DNA of 64,000 nucleotides from Amoebidium appalachense (taxonomy: Eukaryota > Protista > Ichthyosporea). Location: contig CAVNZM010000012.1 of NCBI GenBank assembly GCA_963693365.1, forward strand, positions 2,294,001 to 2,358,000, read 5' to 3'. The notes under the pieces are model-generated. The model saw only the letters and a list, made by a program, of their open reading frames with translations. It did not search any database and had not been told where the DNA came from. The first letter of the stretch is position 1, and the number at the start of each line of letters is the position of its first letter. The position numbers and the translations under genes were made by a program. This document shows positions 26,941-56,213 of the stretch, piece by piece.

Positions 26941-27540
26941 TCAAGGGTATTTTTCTAACTCCGACTGCAAGTAAGCTTGTGCCTTGAGTGCCTCTTCGAA
27001 GTTATCCATGAGCTTTATGGCACAAGGAAAAGCCAAGCCACCAATCCTGTCCCCACTTCTAGCAAGCGCATATTTTGGTGCCGCATCTGGTTTTGACCAA
27101 CACACAGCTGCGATACCAAGCGGCCACCCGCGCACTCCAGTGTATACCACTGCTTGGTCCACCGGCCCGTAAGCCTCCCATTGCTTCTTGAGCTCGTTGG
27201 TTGCATCCCGAGCTATGTTTGAAAGATCGTCTGTTCCTCTTGCAGCAAGCAAGATTTGGTCGTGGTTTCTAAGCACTGTAACATGGGGCTCCTTTCCCAA
27301 GTCCTTGACAAGTTCATTTTGCAGAGCCCTTCTTGCCTCATCTGTTGTGCGCCATTTTGCTATTGTGACTTCTGCTACCCCAACGGGGACAGCGTTGTCA
27401 AACAGCCGAATTCCCCGTATGCTCACATCATTGATGGGTGCGTATGTGCTGGCTAGCTGTATATAATCCTTCACAAGACGGCTGAAAACTCGTTGGCTGT
27501 GGCCGGTAGGGAGAAATCGTACAAGTGCGGCGCTTGCCAT
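26941..27540 (-). CDS. Intronless 199-aa protein with two divergent RRM-like domains
   Basis: Open 600-nt frame from ATG 27540 with normal composition. The second half (NELKKQWEAYGPVDQAVVYTGVRGWPLGIAAVCW) resembles an RRM, in particular RRM2 of DBHS/NONO proteins. The family assignment is inference. Confidence 0.6.
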   Translation of the reverse strand: MASAALVRFLPTGHSQRVFSRLVKDYIQLASTYAPINDVSIRGIRLFDNAVPVGVAEVTIAKWRTTDEARRALQNELVKDLGKEPHVTVLRNHDQILLAARGTDDLSNIARDATNELKKQWEAYGPVDQAVVYTGVRGWPLGIAAVCWSKPDAAPKYALARSGDRIGGLAFPCAIKLMDNFEEALKAQAYLQSELEKYP

Positions 27541-28367
27541 GGTGTAGGTGTGCACTAGATGGCTCAAAAAGGGGGAGTTTGTAAAGTGTGTGTGTGTAGA
27601 TGTGTCTAACAGAGGTTGCTTGCAGTTCACTCAAGACTTTTGGTCAGTAGTTCGATCCAGCATCAGCTATGAGAAAGGCTATCTTTTTGCCAGCGTGATG
27701 CAATTGGCCCTAGTAGTGTGATGTAGCGTGAACTGCTCAGGTGGCACGAGCAAAGCTGCCACTCCGGTTGTTCCATCGACTGTGGCAAGCGTCTATTGTT
27801 CTGCTTTCTACCAAACCCGGTGCCCTTCCAATAACCAATCACCACAATATGCGCGTATCCAACATATGCTTGTGAGGTTCAGGCCTTAACTTAGCACACT
27901 GTCTTCACACCCACGTGCGTCACTCTCGGGCTCACACCTTCACCAGCAAAGTTTTTCTGTTCTGTTTTCTGTCCACCTACCTATCCACTGTTGTCTGGCT
28001 GTGGTTGAGGTCTGAAGTGCGTAACCGTTGATCAGCATCACTGTTGGCAGAAGTCATTGGTATTAATGACGTCATAGTCTATAGTCTGCCGGGTGTGCGT
28101 GGCCCCCCGGCCTTTGCCGCTGGACGAACTTTTGTGTCACGGCAAAACTTTGAAGGCTTTGCGACTGTGAAAGCCTTTTTTGTTACATGGTGATCCGAAT
28201 ATAGCAAGCTAGAAAAACATATGCAGTTAGAGTGCTAGCCAGGGCTACCTCCAGTTGTTTCTTTGCACGTTTCTAAAGAAGGCCACCTTTAGTGTTGCTC
28301 AGAACTGCAGCTGGCGCAAATATAGCCTAATATCAAGACACCCCATCTCCATCATTGAGAAGAAAAA

Positions 28368-35429
<7,062 letters not shown>

Positions 35430-37344
35430 CCATGTATGGTCACACGGCCGACCAATCATTTCGAAGCAGAGTGAAATACCCCTCTAACCATCACGATGCC
35501 GTTGGAAACTCGAGCTCAACCAACTCCATATCGGTGGGAAAGAAGGGGGTTGCAGAAGTTACAGATGACGGGTAAACATATAGGTGTATAGGAGAATGTT
35601 GATTGACATATTTGAATATGTTCATGCAGTGTTTTGGTGCATATTCTAGGACACTGTATATCATGCATGCTGCATCACGTTTCCCTGTTTCTCGTTCGCA
35701 TAGAGCTAAATATACCCCTTATTCTCACAGCGAGTATACTGCGCACTTCGAGTATGCTTATCTTGTAGCTCGGAATGTGTGTTCATTTGAGGTGAGACGT
35801 AAACGCATCACACACCCAAACGTAAACATACTCAGATTTAATTTTTTACGTTTTTTTTTTTTTCATTTGAGTGAGACGTAAACGCATGGCACACACAAAC
35901 ATATATAGCCATCACCGATCCTTGCAGGTCCGAGGATAGCCTTTTTTCTTTTTTTGCTTTTGGTCCGGTCATACTACATGTAGTAACTGTTGTGGAAAAA
36001 GGATTTAAATGCAACTTTTATACGTAGCATCGTGCCACGGGGCCGGTAAGAACACGTTTACGTGTCAAGATTGTCTATGCAAAATGAGGTCATAAATTGC
36101 CCTCGCAATTCTCGCCTGGGTCTCCCTAATACCAAGCAAGGGCCAAGGAAGAAAGGCTCGCTGGTGTGTTGTGTGTGTGTGTCACGTGTCACAGCTGTCT
36201 GTGTGTGTGGGTGTGTGTGTGGTGTGTGGGTGTGCACATGTGAGTGTACATATGCATCTGTGTGTGTGTGTGTGTGTTGCGTGCACTACACATGTGTGTG
36301 ATGGTGGGGGCCCCCGAGCGCCGGGGGGAGGGGGGGGGGGGGGGGATGGGATATCAATGTATCATATGCATGATATATTGACCACACCCTCCGGCCCATA
36401 CGATGTGGTGATGGTGGTGATGTGGCGGGCGGGGGCTGCCCAACCAGGCCCAGCGCCATGCTTGGCCCGCAAAACGCACAAGCCGAGCTGCACATGACCG
36501 GTCCGGCCTCAGAAAATGTTCGGGCCGCGACCCTAGCTAGCTAGCTAGGCCTCCTAGGCCTACACATTGGCCTTAATTATATGTATGCATGCCCTTCCCC
36601 CCCTCCCCCCCCCCCCCCCCCCCCCCGCTTTTTCCTCGAGCTCGGTGGCCCAAATCGCAAATGCAAGTGCACCGTGGCCGTTGACGTCATAGTGCACTGC
36701 CACCATATGCAAATGGGTGCAGAACACGGAGGCACGTCAGGAGCATTACGCTATAGTATTGGCTGTGAGCCCGGACTAGCGCTGGATCCGGATCCCCCAC
36801 ATGATCGATTGGGCCGCAATGTCCTAAAAAGGAGATATCACCTCATATATGGCCAAATTCAAGTTTTAAATTAAAGCGGGCGTCATCGTGCACAAACACT
36901 TGAACTTTATTTACGGTATCAACCATCCAACCGCCAGGGCAGGAAAAAAACAAGAAAAAAAGCAAAAAAGGCAAAAAAAAAAATCCAAATCATAAAATAT
37001 CAACCCACCCCCCACCGTAATTTGAAACTTCTACCGTCGTCCAGAAGCACAGTCGACCCAACCCAGGGTGCACAGGCGACATACACATGCACACAGCCAC
37101 ACACAGTGGCGGGACCTGATACAGAGTCGGCCCACCTACTGCACAGCACACGTGTTACAAAAAACATGTTCGGAAGTAGTGGAGACAAAAGAGGTGTTCC
37201 CCAGCTCCAGCAGCCAGATGTACCCAGCAAGAAAAAGAATCACATCACCTGTACCTGCTACAGAAGAATACGGTTGGCTGGTGTAAGAAAGCATTTTCTC
37301 CGAAACAAGGGGCAATAACTCTCGCTTCCATAACACACACACAC

Positions 37345-37386
<42 letters not shown>

Positions 37387-37863
37387 GCACACCAGCACCA
37401 CCAACATCAGCCCCCCCCCCCCTTCCTCCCCCCTCTGCAGGCAATGATATGTAGTCCAAGATGCAGTAACGGATGATCTGCATATTGAATGATAGCATTT
37501 GATGCATTGTTGCACACCCCTCCATCTCTGCAGACGTGGGAGCCTAATGAAGAGGTGTGAGAGCACGACCGTCCATGGAACCAACACCACTCAACGAGCA
37601 ACATCAGACAAACGAAGCAGACGTCAGGATGTCATATGCATCTGTCTTGCATTAAAAAGCTTACACGGGAAGTGAAACATGTGAGAGGCATGGTGTGCTA
37701 TTCATCCCTATACGTCCTGGGAGGGTACGAGCGTTTCTTTGGCGTAAGACAGAAGATGTGTGTGTGTGTGACGCGTACAAAGTACACTCCCAACGGGCAT
37801 CACTTAGCACACACAAAGAGGAGGAGAAGGAGGAGTCAGGGGGGTGGGGGGGGGTGATTTACC

Positions 37864-38104
37864 TTAGGGGGTGTTAGAGCGGGAGCGGAAGTCGTTGCGA
37901 GGGGACTGCCTGTCATCGTCCGGTCGGTCATCCTCGATAGGTGCCCTACGACCCCTGCAACACACAATGTTTAAAAATGCTATGAACCACCCCCTCCCCC
38001 CAACCCCCTTCTTAACAGACACACACTTGCAGAAAAAGAACAGACCCACTCACACAGTGTGACACACACACACACACACACACCCAAAAAAAAAAAAAAA
38101 AAAA

Positions 38105-38146
<42 letters not shown>

Positions 38147-39465
38147 CGCGTAGCAATGTCGTGTGTGTCTGTGTTTGGTGTGCATGAATGGTGGTGGTGG
38201 CAGGAAGTAGTGACAGTTACCTACCCGTCATTACGACCCTCCCTTTCATCGTTGCGCATAGGAGACCTCCTGTCGTCATCTGCAGGGTACGTGTTAGCTC
38301 ACATCCTACCCCCTACCCCAACACTTTGCCATGGCTAATACAGAACATGCAATTAGGGAAGGAGATAGAGACTGCATGTGTAAGTAACGGTCAAGGTCTC
38401 ACCAGCCACCACAGGATTGAATTCTAAAAAAGACAAGATAGATTGCTTGTGTTAGATAACAACTGCCTGTATCACATGCGCCAAAGAAATAATAATAATA
38501 ATAATAGCAATAATAAAAAAAAGAAGGCCTGGTGCGCACGAAGAAATTACAAAACACGTATGCTGTGTTAGCTTCCTCAATCACTCTTAACTCGTCCCTC
38601 TCAATGTTCATCGGGTACACAAAAGGTTCTATGTTAAGCATTTAGGGGGCAGGTGTGTAAAGGCATGGGATGGGAGGGGACACTCCCCATTTGGTTCGGG
38701 GTGGTTAGTTGGTTAGTCATCGCCTGTCTTTTCATGCCAGTCACAATGCAATCTGTTCCGCCGTGCACAGTTTCACGCTATCGATCTCCCGTGCAACCGC
38801 CTTTTCTCGATTGAATTTTCCGAAGCATTCGTGACCGAAAACCGATTAAACGATAGCAACCGACATAAACCCGTGCATATATAGAAGCCCGCACACCCGC
38901 ACAGTGCCGATATTTTGGTCTTGGCACAAACCTGCACATAGATTCAAAAAGGCCGTCCAACTTTATTGACTGAAAAATGACTGAAACAGGGCAAAACCAC
39001 ATTGGAATTTACACATTTTTGCCTCCTTTTCATGACCGATTATCGATTGGTTACCGCACCGTCGACTCACACCGACAGACGTTAGCCATAATCGACTTTG
39101 CAAGAACCGTAATCAGAAGACAAAACAAGCCGTAGGAGTAAAACGATCGTGCAAAAATGCAACCCGCGCGATTCACACCGTGACCCGAAACCGTACATCC
39201 GAAAGACTGCAACCCGAACCGTGACCCGAACCGAAAGGTGGGGACCGGCGGCCGACGTCCGTTACCGAACCGTTTGCCGTTCACGCCTGCAACTCACCAG
39301 GGGCATCAGCACGTTCGCGGCCGAGCGGAGATCGTGACCTGCACAAGTGCACACAGTCAGAACCGGGGCCAGATAGCATGATGTTCAGACAAGGTGTGTG
39401 TGTGTCCCTCTATCCCTCCCTCCCTCCCTCCCTATTTCTCTCTCTGTGTGTGTGCACGCACGCAC

Positions 39466-39496
<31 letters not shown>

Positions 39497-41125
39497 GGGT
39501 TGGACCGTCTCCTCTCAGCCCCCCCTCCCTCCCCCTCCCCCCCCACCCTCTCTCTCTCTCTCTCTCTCTCTCTGTGCGTGTGTGTGCTGTGTGTGTACGC
39601 GTAGCAGTGTGTGTGCGTGTACATCTACGTATGTTTTTATGTGTCGATGGCATGCATACCGTACCATGCAGCAACTTCATGACATTTGTGTCGATTAAAC
39701 GCTGGCTGACTGTCCATTGTGTCTACACTCACCTTTAGATTGCACAATCCTACGTGTCATCGTACATGAATGAGCAACGTAAAGAATGCAGGAAGAGGGG
39801 GAAGGGTGGGGGGGGGGGGGGGTTAAAGACTTACCGGGACCGACGAGCCTGCCGATCATTTACGTCATCATCTGAATAAAAAAAGAAAGAAAAGAAAAGA
39901 AGAGAAAAGAAAAGGAAAGGAAAGGAAAGAAAAGGAAAGTGGGGAAAAAAAGGAAAAAAGATGGTGTCAGGGATCAAACCACCGAATGTGTGTCATCGTG
40001 CGAGAGCAGATGTTTGGCGATGTATGTGCAGTGAATACAGTTGATGCACCTATGAGTACAAGCACAAACATGCAGCAGAGTTGATTGGATACATGCACGA
40101 AGCAACCTCTTTTGTCTAGAACGGGTCCTTGTCAGCACGTGCACACACACACAAACACACAGACACACACACACACACACAAGCAGGGCACGCACACAAG
40201 CGCCAATGCACCCAAACAGCTGCCCGTAGCCTTCACACTCAACATCTATTCTCAATAAGCAACCTGTCAGTCCGTAGAAAAGAAATTGGGCAACCAAACA
40301 AAACAAGAATTGAGTGACACTGGCGAGCCAGTGGGAAAGCCATCCCAGTGAGCGGAAAGAGGAGAATCGAGAAGGAGGGGGAGGGGGTGGGGGGGGGGGG
40401 GGGTTTGAATGCGGAACACGGTACGAAGTACGCATACACGATGAGAAGCATGGTGCAGGACACATGCAAAGGCAAACATTCAAGTATGCAACATCAGCCA
40501 TGCGCACAGTATGCGTCATAAGCAGAGCCCATCCTGAGGGAGGGCCCAAGTCATCAATTGCGTCTGAGTTTCGACCCCTTAGCCCGCGTATATACGACTC
40601 TCCAACTCAGACAGCATCATCAACTGAACTTGGGAGGGTCAACCCGTCTTGATCAAAGACGACCAGGGTTGCTTATGCAAGCAAGGTGAGCAAAACGGTG
40701 AAAATGTGTGTGCAAACTAAAAAAGTGCAGCGAAAAATGCGTATGTGGGAGGGGGGGGGGAGGGGGGGGGGGAAGGGGCAGGGAGGGGTACCGGGGGGGT
40801 TTTGAATGCGTCAAAAAGTACGAAGTACACAAGAACAAACGGATAACACGATGCAGAATGCAAGCCATACATAAAGAGTATGCATAATAAGCAGAGCCCA
40901 TCCTCAGGGGGGGCCCACGTCATCCACAGTACCCGAGTTTCGACCTATTCCCCTCGTTAACGAAACCCAACTCAGATACTGTTTCACTTGAACATGAGTA
41001 GGTCACCCGTGGGGGAGGGGGGGGGGGGGGGGGGGGGGGGGGGCAAAAAGAAAGAGAAAGGTGATGTGAAAGGGGAAAAGGTTTGTGTGTGTGTGTGTGT
41101 GTGTGTGTGTTCCTTTTTTTTTTTT

Positions 41126-41156
<31 letters not shown>

Positions 41157-41198
41157 GGGTGTGTGTGTGTGTGTGCTTTTTTTTTTTTTTTTTTTTTT

Positions 41199-41238
<40 letters not shown>

Positions 41239-42735
41239 TTACCGCGGCGATCCCTCTCCCTATCCATGCCTCTGTCTCTGCCCATATCGCCGGCCCGTGG
41301 GCCGAGCCTGTCTTCGAACCGATCCCTCTCGTTCCTGAAATCTCTCACCAAGGGCCTGTCGTCTCTGAATCCCCCACGATCATCTCTGAACCCCCCGCGA
41401 TCATCTCTGAGCCCCCCACGATCGTCACGGAAACCTCCCCTCCTGTCATCACGGAAATCCCTGGGAGGGGGTGGCCGCGTGTCCCGGAAGGGCGGACGCT
41501 CATCCCTCCGATAATCCACAGGCCCCCTCCGATCAAAATCCGGCCCCGCGCCTGTCAAAATCTCTCTCGTATGGTGCCCGCGCAATTCCGCGATCGTGAA
41601 ATCCCCCTCCGCCCCTCGGTCCGCGGTCATCAAAACGATCATAACCCCTGTCTCTGGCGGGTGGGGGGGCACGGAAATCGTCATAACGGCCCCGTTCGTC
41701 GAAACGATCACGGTACCCACCACGCCCACCCCCGTACCCTCCCGCCCCACCGCGATAGTAATCACCACCACCACCACCGCGTGAGAAGGGTGGGGGACCA
41801 CCCTTTACGCCCCCAACACCATCAGCTTCACTGCGCCACGTTTGAGGGGGAGGCCGGCGGGTGAACTGTTAAAAAAGGAAAAGAGGAGTTAGGTTGGTGG
41901 AAGAGGGGACAAGCTGAAATGAGACTGGACAAGGTAAGCTGGTGTGTGTGGGATGGGTGTGTGTTGTGCGTGTTTATGCACACATACGAAAATCAAACAC
42001 GCAGGCACGTGCAAAGCTCGTGAACAAAACCAAAGCACAACGAAACAACACAATGTAATCTGCGTGTCGTTGCACAACAGAAGTTGCATGCAAAAGGTAC
42101 TCCCTGTTTCATCATTTTCACTCGCATAATCTACACTGATATCCGCAACCAAGCAAATAACAGCACCCAAACCACCAATTCTATCAACTTATGAAATGAA
42201 GTTGACTACTCACCTCCACAGTAATCTCCCGTCCGTTGATACGGCGCCCGCGCATAGCACCGATGGCATCTTCGGCATCGCGAATGCGCTCAAACTCAAC
42301 AAAGGCAAACGACTTCCCTCCTGTAACAAGAAACCATACGTGTTAGTGAGGATACGCAGACATAAATGGCTGGCGGAACAAATCTACGATAAGTTGTGCT
42401 TCGAAAAGTAAATAGACAAGCAAAACCGACAGCGGTGTATACCCACACGCGTTCCATTTCAGCCTTTCAACAAGATAAGCGTCAAAGACTCTCTCACACA
42501 AACACACTTCAGTCACACACACACACACCCATAAAGTCAGAGAAAAACACTCTCCTACACGAGCACGCACACACGCACGCACGCACGCACACACACACAC
42601 ACGCACACACACACACACACCAGGTATGTCGCATCTGACCAAGCGGCCAAAGCGGCCAAACTCCACAGCCAGGTCCTCTGCCGTGGTGTTGTAGTCGAAC
42701 CCCGACACGTACAGCGTGGTGTTGCGAACTGCCAT
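37864..42735 (-). CDS. SR-related RRM protein with RGG/RD/RS-rich tail (one frameshift in this sequence)
   Basis: Exons 42621-42735, 42214-42320, 41243-41865, 39835-39871, 39298-39338, 38225-38279, 37864-37954. RRM LYVSGF...FGRFGRLVRCDIP-GGKSFAFVEF-DAEDAI, then GGY/DDRGG repeats and RRSRSRSP. There is a frame change at ~41533-41547 and a 5'-UTR intron at ~42761-43594. Confidence 0.8.
38760..39289. mobile_element. Probable decayed TIR (hAT/MITE-like) element end inside an SR-gene intron
   Basis: Dense, oriented (A)ACCG(A/T) motifs ending at ...CCGTTCACGCCTG (reverse complement CAGGCGTGAACGG, a hAT-like terminus). No convincing partner TIR or TSD. Confidence 0.35.
40404..40749 (-). mobile_element. 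Poly(C)-anchored repeat, subfamily B, longest copy (SR-gene intron)
   Basis: Shares these blocks with subfamily A in the same order: TTTGAATGCG, ATAAGCAGAGCCCATCCT, GAGTTTCGACC, CCAACTCAGA, CCCGTCTTGATCA, AGGGTTGCTTATGCA. The 5' boundary beyond 40686 is uncertain. Confidence 0.85.
40800..41010 (-). mobile_element. Poly(C)-anchored repeat, subfamily A, 5'-truncated
   Basis: Matches 52276-52486 and breaks off at GGTCACCCGT into poly(G). Confidence 0.9.
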
Positions 42736-43837
42736 GTTTGCTGTGCGGCCACTTGCCTACCTGAAAAACAAATGGGAAAGAATGTGAGCTGTATGGTGTG
42801 AAGGGAGGGGTTGGGGTTGGGCCAGGGGAAACGAGAGGGCAAAGAGGATGAGAAGAGGAGTGATTGCTGTGGAAAGCCTCGGAGGGGAGAGGGGAGGGGC
42901 GGTTGGGGTGGTAGATGCTTCTGCGGATGGTAGGAAGGGAATGGGAGCCCATAAACAGGCGCTGAATAAGGTAAGATGTAATGTGCGAACAACCCTCGCC
43001 CCGTTTTCCGGTGCATAACCAGGTGGAGGGAGCAAAGAATCAAAAGGAGAGCAAGCTGGTTCCATGTGTAGTGCAGAAGGCCTATATGGAGTTGTAACTG
43101 TTCCACCAACAAAAACACCGGCCCAAAGTGTGCCCAAAACCACGTAGCAGACAGACAAACCCACAATGTTTCATGCTAAATTTCATCGGCAATCAGTGCT
43201 TTAACGCAAAAAAAACAGATAACGCCTATCCAGGTGTGTTGGAAGATAACCGAAGATAGCATAATATACGGCGCATGACCCCAACTCCATTCTAGCCACT
43301 CACAACGAAAAAGGAAGGCAGCGAAGAAGTACACAGGAAAGGAGTGGAATGGCAAACAAGTTCAGTTCAGAAAAACGCTGACACAGAGTCCGTAACCAAA
43401 GGAAATCCAATTGAGCAATGATGGCGTTAAGCAGCGGAACAAAAATGGAGATCTAGAGGAGAAACCGGCGTGCCAGACGTTCCGTCAAACATCCAGAAGC
43501 ATGTGTGTTGGTAATGACACGCCACCAGTCGCAGCTCGTGTGCACACCAGCCAAAACGCGAGAAAGCGCGGGTTTTAAAAGAAATTGAACTTACCTTTTG
43601 ACACTATCTACTAGATACGCCGCCACTGTCTACGTGTGTGGCAGCCGTTCAGTATCCCTTTCCCTAGTATGATTTGTGAAGTCTACTTATTACAAACCTC
43701 GTTTTTACATCAGTCTGATCATGCATGAGTGCATGTGTTTTCGTCAGCACATACCTTACCTTATATGGATGACGTGCAAAGCAACAACCAATCAAATGCC
43801 GCGTTGTGCGCAATTGAAACATGCACCGTGATGCCGC

Positions 43838-43943
43838 CAGGGGTGTGGCGACTTGACTCCGAGTCGCGACTTGAAGTCACGAAAGCTCCTGTCTTGAGTC
43901 AAGTCAAGTCAAGTCAGGCCATCAGGCGTGACTAGGGGGTGAC

Positions 43944-43978
<35 letters not shown>

Positions 43979-44029
43979 CTCTGCGGGACCCCCGGGGGCT
44001 GCCCCCCTTCCCCCCCCCCACAAGGTCCC

Positions 44030-44073
<44 letters not shown>

Positions 44074-45097
44074 CGCCCCAGCGAATGGACCAAAAGTATT
44101 TTTTTTTTCCTTTTGACTCGGGTTTATTGATCCGTTGATGAAGGCAACGTGCAGCCACAGGCTACATAACCACCAATGGAACTGAAAAAGCCAAAGCTAC
44201 GAAATAAAAATAAAGCGACAAGTAACAAAGGACGCAAGCGGGCAAAACCTTAAGTGTACGTGTATGCGTGAAACTTGTTTGCTCCAACTACTAGTCATGA
44301 TCATCATGATATGCATCGATGTTGACCAGACCACACTCCGCAAGAAGACATCATTACTGCTCCTTCCCAACAGGCCCCCCTCAAAACCTATCGGGGCACA
44401 GCAAGCAAGTCAGCCTCTAAAAGAGCAATGCAGACCAAATCTGAGCTAAAAAACAATCCCAATTACGGGCCCAACCCATAACCCGGAGAAATTGCATCTA
44501 GCTCTCTGATAAGGTAGCCTAGTTGTGGCAGGACACACAGAAAAACACAATTACAGAATGCATGCAAGCAAACCCGGTCATTGCCATACGACTTGTCTCA
44601 CGACTGGATGCTAAGGACTGGGGCAGTCAAGTACTTGGCTCCCCGACGACCAAGTAGCCGCCCCTCCACTCACGCAGCGCAGAAGTAGCTGAAGAAGTTG
44701 CAGCAGCCCACCGCCAGTAGGTCGCGTAGAAGCGTAGACAGCGTGTAGAAGTTACCATAGGTTACAGTGGACCATCAGGCGTTGAAGAAACCACTTCTCA
44801 AGCGAGAAACTCCGCGAAAGGGAGATGGCCCCACACTCTCACAGCTAGGAGCTAGTAACGAAAGCCTTTATATACCTGCCATGGTGAAGAATCGGGGAAA
44901 AAAAGTTGACGTGACAGCTAAGAGATCGAAGTGAAAGTGAAGTGAAGTATATTAAAAATAGTAACAAGTCACCTTAAGTCGCGACTTGAGTCATAGGGCC
45001 TCAAGTCGCGACTCCAAGTCAAGTCAAGTCACAAGCCCCCGCTTATTAATTATAATTATAAGTCAAGTCAAGTCATGAAGTCTCCGCCACACCCCTG
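43838..45097. mobile_element. Non-autonomous TIR DNA transposon (hAT/P-like termini), 1260 bp
   Basis: Perfect 13-bp TIR CAGGGGTGTGGCG / CGCCACACCCCTG. Duplication ATGCCGC at 43831-43837 and 45098-45104. AAGTC/GACTT subterminal arrays at both ends. No transposase ORF. Confidence 0.88.
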
Positions 45098-46004
45098 ATG
45101 CCGCGACGCAGCGCGGCACCGGCGGGCGGTGGCAGCCTCCCGCAGTCATGAAAGAGAGTTCAGAAGGTCTAGGATGGTTGGAAAACACAATAGAACGGAA
45201 GCCTACCCGGGGCCGTTGGGCATCTAAATAGCAGAGACAGTCATACAGCCACGACTAGTTCTACACATGGTCGGACAAAACGTCTGATTGTGGCACACCA
45301 CGCGGCAAAGGTCTCCGCCATCGACTATGATGTAGCTCTATAATATCGGACTTAATGGCCATGCCAACGATGGAGGATGGATTGGAATTAATGTGGAAGA
45401 CGCACCCGCTAAGCATTCCTTCAGCACACTGAAGCATATATTTGCAATCCTACATACAGCACATATTTTTTCACGAGAGAAAAAGAAGCAGCATTAACCT
45501 GAAACCAGATAAACAGCACGCCAACTGGTGAGAACCCATGTTCCGGGAGAGACGACTAATTTAAGTTAGCACATGCAAAGATTTCAGTCATTTTCAAGTG
45601 AAATCCTGCTTGATGCTATAAAAAGGAATATAATTAGGCTTGGATTTCACAGTGACTTAAAAAGATTTGAGATTTACAGGCAAAAAAAAACACATCCAGC
45701 ATTGTCGAACGATCGTTGGCTTACGCCTACACATAGTATCCATATGCGAGCTCATGCAATGCGTTCATACGAACTATAGTTTCAAACCTTTCATTGTTTG
45801 CAGGGAACGCAAACTTACGCCTCGAAGTACCACGTGTTTATACTAGCCTTGCGCATGTGTTTGTGTTTTTATGAACTTGTTCACGTGTTGCTTTTGCTGT
45901 TCACGTGTTGCTTTTGCATGTGCATGTGGATGCACCGCTCGGTTTGTGTGTGCACATGTGCGTATGTGTGTGTGTGTGCGTCAAAATGTTGGTACGTGTG
46001 AGTG

Positions 46005-46051
<47 letters not shown>

Positions 46052-46315
46052 ACACGCGCGCATATGTATTGTGTGTGTGTGCACGCGCACGTGTATGTGT
46101 GTGTGTGCTCGTGACAGTGTGTGCGCACACTTGCATGCGTGTGTTCGTTTGTTCGTTTGTGTATGTTTGTGTGTGTGTGTGTGTGTGTGCGTGTGTGTGT
46201 GCATGTTTGGTGGTGGTGCTCGTCCATTCTTACACCTTCCTTTCACCTGAACAACAATGACACGTCGAATCCTCCAGAACTCGCACGACCACCCTTCCCC
46301 TTCATCTACTGCATC

Positions 46316-56213
<9,898 letters not shown>

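Noticed and set aside
35782-35905. Direct repeat TCATTTGAG(G)TGAGACGTAAACGCAT with a spacer (CRISPR-like), plus short duplications at ~31524, 45879 and 51677
   Set aside because: Only two or three units, eukaryotic context and no cas genes. These are ordinary local duplications.
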